The notes beneath the pieces were generated by a model. It saw only the letters and a list, made by a program, of their open reading frames with translations. It had not been told where the DNA came from and ran no database searches. Positions 57,307 through 64,000 of a stretch of 64,000 nucleotides of DNA are shown here, piece after piece. Each line of letters opens with the position of its first letter. Within the stretch, counting starts at the first letter, position 1. Source of the stretch: an uncultured Gemmatimonadales bacterium (GTDB taxonomy: Bacteria > Gemmatimonadota > Gemmatimonadetes > Longimicrobiales > RSA9); assembly GCA_963708135.1 (NCBI GenBank), contig OY970192.1, positions 2,144,001 through 2,208,000 on the forward strand, read 5' to 3'. A program made the translations under genes and the position numbers.

Positions 57307-60057
57307 TTACCCCGTGGCGGCGCCGGTCGCGCCGAGCCCGGCGCGCGCCGGGCGGTGGGCCGGGTCGAAGCGCAGCACGCGCCGGAACGCACGCGCCGCG
57401 TCCTCCGCACGGCCGGCCTCCATCAGAAGCTGGCCCAGCCGCGTGAGCGCATCCAGCTGGCAGGGATCCACGGCGAGCAGGTCGGCCAGCACCGCCACGG
57501 CCGCGCGCGGGCCGCCGCGCAGGCGATCGAGCTCAGCCAGCTCGAGCGCCGCGTCGCCGTAGCTGGGCAACAGCTCGAGCGCGGCGCGCAGCTCGGCCTC
57601 CGACTCGGCGAGCCGGCCGTTCAGGCGCAGGATCCGGCCCAGCCGCGTGCGCGCGGCCACCGCCCCCGGGTCGAGCGCGACGGCGCCGCGGAGCGCCCGC
57701 TCGGCGCCCGCGCCGTCGCCCGCGGCGAGCCGCGCCGCGCCCAGGTCCGAGAGCCGCATCGCGTCCTCGGGCGCCACGGCGCTCGCCTGCTCGAGCAGGT
57801 CCACCGCTCGGGCGTGGTCCCCGGCCGCCGAGAGGATCCGGCCGAGCGTGCCGAGCGCGTCGGCCGAGTCCGGCGCCGCCCGGTGCAGGCGCTCGGCGTG
57901 GAGCCACGCCTCGTCCAGCCGGCCGAGGGTGAAGAGCGACTGTGCGGCGCCGCGAAGCGCATCGTGCTCCGCACCCTCCGGCGCCGGAACGCCTCCCTCC
58001 GGGAGCGCCTCCAGATAGGCCAGCGCCGCGCGAAACCGATCCACTGCCTCGCCGGCGAGCTGCCGGCGCAGAAAGATCTCGCCCTGGAGCAGCAGCAGCT
58101 CGAGCCGGTCCGCGCCCGCGCCCACCGCCCGCTGCGCCTCCGCGGACGCGCGCTCGAGCTCGCCCCGCTCGAGCGCGTCGCGCGCGGCCGCGAGCGCCTC
58201 GCCGGCCCCCTCGCCCGCGCCGCCCGCGGCGCGTCCGGCGCCGGCGCCGAGCTCGCCGAAGATGCCGTCCAGCGCCGCGGCGTCGAACTCGAAGCTCTCG
58301 ACCGCACCGCCCACCTCCACCCGCTCGGGCATGTCGAGCTCGGGCGCGAGGACGGAGGCCTCCTCGAACTGCAGGTCGATGAGCAGCCGGAAGCGGGGCG
58401 CCGGATAGTACGGGTCGAGCTCGAGCGCGAGCCGGGTCTCCCGCAGCGCGCCGTGGTAGTCGCCGAGCGCGGAAAGCGCGAAGGCGAGCTGGTAGCGCGC
58501 CTCCGCCAGCTCCGGATCCGCCTCCACCGCCCGCACGAGCGCCGCCCTGGCCTCGGCCGGGTGACGCGCCTCCAGCAGCACGGTCCCGAGGCCCGTCCAG
58601 GCCGTGGCGGACTCCGGGTCCAGATCCAGGGCACGGCGGTAGGCGGTCACCGCCCCGCGCGGATCGCCACCGCGCGCGAGGACGAGCCCGAGATTGCGCC
58701 AGATGTCGGCGGGCGCGCGCTCGCCCTCGAGCGCGCGCCGCAGCGCCCTCTCCGCCGCGCCGGCGTCGCCGCCGTGGTGCAACAGCACGCCAAGGTTGTT
58801 CCACGCGAGCGCGTAGTCCGGATCGAGCTCGAGCGCGCGGCGGTAGGCGGCGTCCGCCGCGTCCAGGTCACCCACGTGGTGCGCGGCCACGCCGCGCTCG
58901 TTCCACAGCTTGGGGCTGCCGGGCTCCTCCTCGCTCAGCCGGGTGTAGCGCTCGAGCGCCTCCTGCCCCTTGCCGCGCAGCAGCGCCATCTCCGCCTGCG
59001 CCTGTCCGACCAGGAGCGCGTCCTCGCCGCCGTCGAGAGCGAGCGTGAACTCCCGCGCCGCCTCGTCGAAGAGCGCCTTCTGGCGGAAGGCCAGGGCGAG
59101 GTTGTAGTGCGCGAGGGTGCCCTCGGCCAGCTCCGGCCGCCAGGTGCGGTCCCCCACCAGCTCCTCGTAGCGGGCCCGGCTGTAGCGGTCGAGCGAGAGG
59201 TTCCTCTCCGCCCGGGCGTAGCTCGGATTGAGCTCCTCGGCGGTGGCGGACGAGGCGGCGGCGCGGGCATCCTCGCCTACGTCGCCGTAGACGAACGCCA
59301 GCAGGTGATGGGCCTCCGCCAGCTCCGGCTCGAGCGCCACGGCGCGCTCCAGCGCCTCGCGCGCCTCCGCGGCGAGCCCCTGGTTGTAGAGCAGCTCGCC
59401 CAGGCGCAACTGGACGCGGGCGTCCTCCGGCGCCGCGCGCGCGGCCGCACCGAGCAGGGTGAGCGCGGCATCCAGCTCGCCGCGCATCGCCTCCGCGCGG
59501 GCGAGCGCGAGGCGGACCTCGACATCGTCCGGCTCGAGGCGGAGCAGGGCGCGCCATTCCCGGATCGCGGCGCCCGGATCGCCGGCGTAGAGGTAGGCGC
59601 GGGCGAGACGGGCGCGGCTGGCCCGGTCGTCGGGCGCGTCCTCCAGGCGCTGGCGCAGCTCGCCCACCAACTGCTCGAAGTACCCGGTGTGGAAGTAGGC
59701 GATCTGGAGGTTGCGCTCCGCGACCTGCATGCGCGGCTCCAGCTCGAGCGCGCGCTCGAACTCGGCGATCGCCTCCTCGAAGAGCCCCTTGTGGTAGTAG
59801 ACGACGCCGAGGTTGTTGTGCGCGCCCGCATCGTTCGCGTTGATGCGGCGGGCGAGCGCGCGCAGGATCTCCAGGTCGCGCTCGGAGCGGGGCGAGGGGC
59901 GCGCGGGCGGCGCCGCGGCGGAGAGAGCGGCAGGGAGCTCGGCGGCCGGCGCGTCGGCGCCGGCGGGCGCGGCCGAGGCCCGCGCGGGCGGGGGCGCCGG
60001 CGGCGGATCATCGAGCTCCCACGGCATGAGCTCGGACGGCGCCAGGGAGCGCTCCAT
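57307..60057 (-). CDS. Large cytoplasmic multi-TPR protein
   Basis: Many repeats such as AHNNLGVVYY...ALELEP and AWNNLGVLL; no signal peptide. Confidence 0.88.
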   Translation of the reverse strand: MERSLAPSELMPWELDDPPPAPPPARASAAPAGADAPAAELPAALSAAAPPARPSPRSERDLEILRALARRINANDAGAHNNLGVVYYHKGLFEEAIAEFERALELEPRMQVAERNLQIAYFHTGYFEQLVGELRQRLEDAPDDRASRARLARAYLYAGDPGAAIREWRALLRLEPDDVEVRLALARAEAMRGELDAALTLLGAAARAAPEDARVQLRLGELLYNQGLAAEAREALERAVALEPELAEAHHLLAFVYGDVGEDARAAASSATAEELNPSYARAERNLSLDRYSRARYEELVGDRTWRPELAEGTLAHYNLALAFRQKALFDEAAREFTLALDGGEDALLVGQAQAEMALLRGKGQEALERYTRLSEEEPGSPKLWNERGVAAHHVGDLDAADAAYRRALELDPDYALAWNNLGVLLHHGGDAGAAERALRRALEGERAPADIWRNLGLVLARGGDPRGAVTAYRRALDLDPESATAWTGLGTVLLEARHPAEARAALVRAVEADPELAEARYQLAFALSALGDYHGALRETRLALELDPYYPAPRFRLLIDLQFEEASVLAPELDMPERVEVGGAVESFEFDAAALDGIFGELGAGAGRAAGGAGEGAGEALAAARDALERGELERASAEAQRAVGAGADRLELLLLQGEIFLRRQLAGEAVDRFRAALAYLEALPEGGVPAPEGAEHDALRGAAQSLFTLGRLDEAWLHAERLHRAAPDSADALGTLGRILSAAGDHARAVDLLEQASAVAPEDAMRLSDLGAARLAAGDGAGAERALRGAVALDPGAVAARTRLGRILRLNGRLAESEAELRAALELLPSYGDAALELAELDRLRGGPRAAVAVLADLLAVDPCQLDALTRLGQLLMEAGRAEDAARAFRRVLRFDPAHRPARAGLGATGAATG

Positions 60058-60059
60058 CG

Positions 60060-60683
60060 CTAGGCGAGGCGGAGCGCCTGGAGGAGCACGTCGAGCGAGA
60101 CGCGATCGGGCACGAGCAGGAAGTGCGCGCTCAGAGGCTCGCCCTCATCGGCCATGGAGAGCCGCGTGTCGATGCAGAGCACGTAGTCCTCGTTCTCGCC
60201 GAAGTTCAGGTACGCGCTGGTCAGCACGGCACCTGCCTGGTCGATGGCCATGGCCGGAACGGACATGAGGAGCAGCATGCCGAGGAACTCGGAGAGGGCG
60301 TTCAGGTAGGCGCCGACGAGGATGTTGCCGACCTCCTTGAGCACCGACTCCTCCATCTCAGCGAACGCCTCGGGGAACGGGATCGGCCCGCGCGCGAGCA
60401 GGATCTCCGCGAGCCGCTTCGCCGTCGCGGCCGGGAACACCTGCACGGTCCGGCCGGTCGCATCTCCGAGGACGCGCATGAGCACGGCGGCCACGGGCTG
60501 CGCGGGGTCCCCGAGCAGCTCCGCGATCTGCTCCAGCGGCACGATCCGGAGCTCCGGGGCGCGTACGCCGATGCGCCGGCTCGTCATCGTGGAGAGCGCC
60601 GTGGCGGCGTGACCCGCGCCAATGTTGGCCACCTCGCGCAAGCCGTCGAGCTGCAGATGGTCCAGCTCCCGGACGTCCTTCAT
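60060..60683 (-). CDS. cheC: CheY-P phosphatase CheC
   Basis: Two ExxN active sites: LREVANIGAGHAATALS and LKEVGNIL. Confidence 0.93.
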   Translation of the reverse strand: MKDVRELDHLQLDGLREVANIGAGHAATALSTMTSRRIGVRAPELRIVPLEQIAELLGDPAQPVAAVLMRVLGDATGRTVQVFPAATAKRLAEILLARGPIPFPEAFAEMEESVLKEVGNILVGAYLNALSEFLGMLLLMSVPAMAIDQAGAVLTSAYLNFGENEDYVLCIDTRLSMADEGEPLSAHFLLVPDRVSLDVLLQALRLA

Positions 60684-60697
60684 CGGACCTTCCCCGC

Positions 60698-62584
60698 TCA
60701 GATCACGTTCATGGGATCCAGCACCAGCGCCGGCCGGCCGTCGGCCAGCAGCGTGACGCCGGAGAAGAAGGGGAGCGTTCCCACGGCGGGATCGAACCCC
60801 TTCACGACCACCTGCTCGCGCGCGACCAGCTCGTCCACGGCCAGCGCGGTGCGGCGCTCTCCGACCTCGGCGATGAGCGCCGCCTTCTCCCCGCCCCGGC
60901 CCGCCGGCGCCTCGAGCAGCTCGCTCAGACGGAGCAGCGGCACGACCTCGCCGCGCAACCGGAGGACCTCGCGGCCACGCACCCGGGCGAGCGAGCCGTC
61001 CAGCAGGTCCACCGCCTCCGAGACGTGCGTCATCGGCACCGCGTAGTCCTCACCCGCCACGCGCACGCGGAGCGCCGACGCCACGGCCAGCGTGATCGGC
61101 AGCCGCAGCGTGAAGGTGGAGCCCCCGCCAGGCGTGGTGCGGAGGTCAACGCTGCCGCCCAGCGCGCGCACCCGCTCTACCACGGCGTTCATGCCGACGC
61201 CGCGCCCGGAGACCTGCGTCACCTGGCGGGCCGTCGAGAGGCCCGGCAGCGCGAGCAGCCGGAGCAGCGCCTCCCCCGTGGCGGGCTCCGCCTCCTCCGG
61301 CCCGGCAAGCCCGAGCTCGCGCGCCCGCTCCACGACCCGGGCGGCGTCCACGCCGCGGCCGTCGTCGCGGACCCGGATCACCACCGTGGACTGCTCCCGG
61401 ACGGCGCTCAGCACGAGCAGGCCAGCGGCCGGCTTGCCGGCCGCCTCCCGCTCGGCCGCGCTCTCCAGCCCGTGATCGACGGCGTTCCGGAGCAGGTGCA
61501 CGAGCGGATCGGCGATCTCGTCCAGCACGGATCGGTCGAGCTCAATGTCGCGGCCCTCCAGGCGGAACTCGACCTGCTTCTCGAGCGCCCGGGCGGCATC
61601 CCGCACCATGCGCGGGAAGCGCTCGAGCACCTCGTCCACCGGGACCATGCGCATGGCGAGCGTGGTGCCCTGCAGCCCCTCGAGCAGGGCGCCGACCCGG
61701 TCGGCCAGGTCCGCCACCGGCCCCGGCTCCCCGTCCGTCAGCTCGCGCAGCCGCAGCGTCAGCACGGACAGCTCACCGATCCCGTCCGCCAGCGCGTCCA
61801 GGTGCCGCTGGTCCACGCGCAGGTGCCGCGAACGCGCCGCCTCCGCACGCCGCGCCGCCGCCCGCCGCGCCGCCGGTCCCTCGAAGGCGACGGACTCGAC
61901 GTCTCCCGCCAGCCGCACCGCGGACTCCACGGCCTGCGGATCCGGCGTCCCGGCCAGGAACAGGCGCAGCTCGCCGCCGAATCCCGCCGTCACGTCCTCG
62001 GGATCGCTGCCCAGCAACTCGGCCACACGGGCCACGTTCTGGCGCGCGATGAGCGCCCGCGCGGCAGGCAGCGGGGCGGCGGGGTCGATGCGCACCCGGA
62101 CCACCAGCGCCGTGCCCTCCGGGGGCGGAGCGGGGGGAGCGAGCGCCGCCGCCGCGGCGGCCGCCTCCGCGGCGAAGCGGGCGCCGCCGCGCCCGTGGGC
62201 CTCGGCACCGGCGTTGCCGGAGGCGATATCCCGCGGCGCAGCGGCCACCTGCGCCGCGTCCTCCGAATCCTCCGCCTCGCTGGCCTCGTCCACCGCATCG
62301 CGCAGCTCATCGGAGCGCCGGAGCAGCTCGTCGATCAGCGCGGCGTCCACGCGCGCGCCGCCGCGGATCCCCTCGAGCCGGTCCTCCAGCGCGTGTGCCA
62401 GCGCCGCAACCCGGGGGTAGCCCATGGTCGCGGCCATCCCCTTGATCGTGTGCGCGGCGCGGAACGCCTCCTCGACGCCCGCGACGCCGCCGGAGGACTC
62501 GACCAGCAGCAGCCCGTCCGAGAGCACGCGCAGGTGCTCGCGCGCCTCCGAGCGGTAGAGCTCGAGGTAGCGGCTCAGGTCCAC
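60698..62584 (-). CDS. cheA: Chemotaxis histidine kinase CheA
   Basis: Hpt FRAAHTIKGMA, P2 domain, HLLRNAVDHG, DDGRG, SGRGVGM, C-terminal CheW-like domain. Confidence 0.96.
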   Translation of the reverse strand: MDLSRYLELYRSEAREHLRVLSDGLLLVESSGGVAGVEEAFRAAHTIKGMAATMGYPRVAALAHALEDRLEGIRGGARVDAALIDELLRRSDELRDAVDEASEAEDSEDAAQVAAAPRDIASGNAGAEAHGRGGARFAAEAAAAAAALAPPAPPPEGTALVVRVRIDPAAPLPAARALIARQNVARVAELLGSDPEDVTAGFGGELRLFLAGTPDPQAVESAVRLAGDVESVAFEGPAARRAAARRAEAARSRHLRVDQRHLDALADGIGELSVLTLRLRELTDGEPGPVADLADRVGALLEGLQGTTLAMRMVPVDEVLERFPRMVRDAARALEKQVEFRLEGRDIELDRSVLDEIADPLVHLLRNAVDHGLESAAEREAAGKPAAGLLVLSAVREQSTVVIRVRDDGRGVDAARVVERARELGLAGPEEAEPATGEALLRLLALPGLSTARQVTQVSGRGVGMNAVVERVRALGGSVDLRTTPGGGSTFTLRLPITLAVASALRVRVAGEDYAVPMTHVSEAVDLLDGSLARVRGREVLRLRGEVVPLLRLSELLEAPAGRGGEKAALIAEVGERRTALAVDELVAREQVVVKGFDPAVGTLPFFSGVTLLADGRPALVLDPMNVI

Positions 62585-62642
62585 GCCGGCCCCCTCCGCC
62601 CCCGCGGCAGGCGCGCCGGGCAGGCGCCGGATCGGGCTCCGC

Positions 62643-63005
62643 TCACCCGAGCACCCGCTGCACGGCCTCGAGCACGCGCGATGGCTGGAACGGCTTGACC
62701 ACGAAGTCGCGGGCGCCCGCCTGGATCGCCTCCACCACGAGCGCCTGCTGGCCCATGGCGCTGCACATGAGGATCCTGGCCTCGGGGAAGTCCTTCACGA
62801 TCGCGCGTACCGCCTCGATCCCCCCCATGTCCGGCATGACGATGTCCATGGTGACGAGGTCCGGCAGCAGCTCGCGGTAGCGCTCCACCGCCTGCGCCCC
62901 CGTCTCGGCCTCGCCCACCACCTGCAGCCCGGCCTGCTTCAGGATCTGGCCCAGCATGGTGCGCATGAAGATCGCATCGTCGCAGATCAGTACCGTGCGT
63001 GCCAT
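62643..63005 (-). CDS. cheY: Single-domain response regulator CheY (Bacillus/DifD-type)
   Basis: ICDDAIFMR, DLVTMDIVMP, MCSAMGQQ, KPF. Confidence 0.93.
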   Translation of the reverse strand: MARTVLICDDAIFMRTMLGQILKQAGLQVVGEAETGAQAVERYRELLPDLVTMDIVMPDMGGIEAVRAIVKDFPEARILMCSAMGQQALVVEAIQAGARDFVVKPFQPSRVLEAVQRVLG

Positions 63006-63145
63006 TGCTCCCCCGGTCGTGAAGCGATTCCATACCGTCGAGCGGCCCCTTCGTCCGCGGCTCCGGCGGACCGGCGGCCCGGCGCCCGCCACTCGGCGGC
63101 CGGGCGCGCGCCGGTCTCGGCGAGCTCCCCTTGCGGCCCGACCGA

Positions 63146-63625
63146 TCAGCCCAGCAGCCGCGCCAGCAGCCGGTCCGGATCCACGGCCAGGAACGGCTGC
63201 TCCGCGAACGTGCCGATCCCGAGCACGTGCTCCTGCTCGATGTCCAGCGCGCGCAGCGTCTCGGCCCCGATCGGCAGGTCCGCCTCCGCGCTCGCCACGG
63301 CCAGCACCGCATCGACCGCCAGCCCCACCCACCGCTCCTCCCATTCGAGCAGCAGGAGCCGATGGTCCGCCATCCCACCGGACGGCCGGAGCGCCAGCGC
63401 GGCGCCGAAGTCGAGCACCGTGATGACCCGGCCGCGCAGCCCGACCAGCCCGCACACCGCCGGGCCGCAGCCCGGCAGGCGCGTGAACGGCCGCGGGGTC
63501 ACGATCTCGCGGACCCGCCAGAGCGGAATCGCGAAACGGTACCCGTCACAGGCGAACACCACCCATCGCGGCGCGGCCGCGAGGGCAGCGTCAGGCATCG
63601 CCGCGGCACTCGGAGTTGAAGCCAT
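63146..63625 (-). CDS. cheW: CheW coupling protein
   Basis: FAIPLWRVREIV...TRLPG...GLVGLRGRVITVLD...GLAVDAV. Confidence 0.88.
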   Translation of the reverse strand: MASTPSAAAMPDAALAAAPRWVVFACDGYRFAIPLWRVREIVTPRPFTRLPGCGPAVCGLVGLRGRVITVLDFGAALALRPSGGMADHRLLLLEWEERWVGLAVDAVLAVASAEADLPIGAETLRALDIEQEHVLGIGTFAEQPFLAVDPDRLLARLLG

Positions 63626-63670
63626 TGACTGTCCACGAACGCGGACGGGGAACCCGGGCTGGATCCGAGG

Positions 63671-63700
63671 AAGATAGTGCCCGGACGGGGGTTCGGTCAA
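63671..63700 (-). promoter_or_regulatory. Sigma70-type promoter for the che/mgl operon
   Basis: TTGACC-N18-TATCTT about 45 nt upstream of cheW. Confidence 0.5.
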
Positions 63701-63909
63701 TCGCGAGGCAGGACGGACGGGCTGCGGGCTGCGGGCTGCGGCCACGGGCCGCGGCACGCAGTACGGGTGCGCCGGTGGGCGTCATCGCAAGGGAGCGGAA
63801 CACAACCTGCGGTCGGCGCGCGCGGCTCCGGGACGGCGCGGCGGGATCGCGCCCGGGGAACGCCCTCCGGCAATCCCCGCACACCCCCTCGAAACGACGG
63901 CGCGAACGC

Positions 63910-64000
63910 ATGAAGCGCAGGATCTGCCTGAGCGCGCTCGTGGCGGGACTCGCTCTCGTCCGGGCGGGCCCGCTGCGGGGGCAATCGGCCGACACGACGC
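63910..64000 (+). CDS. Start of an exported protein, truncated by window edge
   Basis: MKRRICLSALVAGLALVRAGPLRGQ resembles a Sec signal peptide. Confidence 0.5.
   Translation, partial: MKRRICLSALVAGLALVRAGPLRGQSADTT

Noticed and set aside
55948..60063. 1371-aa plus-strand ORF and many similar long Arg/Pro/Ala-rich ORFs
   Set aside because: Antisense or frame shadows caused by stop-codon scarcity at very high GC; no recognisable motifs.

Overview
Very GC-rich, gene-dense bacterial chromosomal window; the gene content is suggestive of Gemmatimonadota (inference only). I see no mobile element, cas gene or rRNA. (1) 1-15.2 kb is the end of a surface-polysaccharide locus: GT4 glycosyltransferase, VanZ, LMW-PTP, SLC13 permease, cysD, cysNC, DegT aminotransferase, an Oar-like TonB-dependent receptor, an OB-fold-repeat lipoprotein and an NtrC-type sigma54 activator. 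A recurring TGTTGC-N6-GCAACA palindrome and sigma54-like promoters tie these genes together. (2) 15.6-45 kb is mixed housekeeping and accessory content: ackA, an AttH-lipocalin/ABC module, a probable extended 6S RNA, methyltransferase, MscS, UvrD/Rep helicase, S9 peptidase, a degenerate histidine kinase, PadR with two orphan ABC permeases and a serine hydrolase, tRNA-Val(TAC) and a BON protein. (3) 45.8-63.6 kb is the most striking part: one tightly packed 17-gene minus-strand operon. A Bacillus/Dif-type chemosensory core (cheW, cheY, cheA, cheC ... cheR, cheD, cheB, cheW) with no chemoreceptor is split by an MglA GTPase polarity module: MglA, three roadblock proteins, two DUF4388-TPR proteins, a large TPR protein and a tandem DnaA-like AAA+ ATPase lacking the DNA-binding domain. 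All calls come from reading motifs by eye; no database searches were run.
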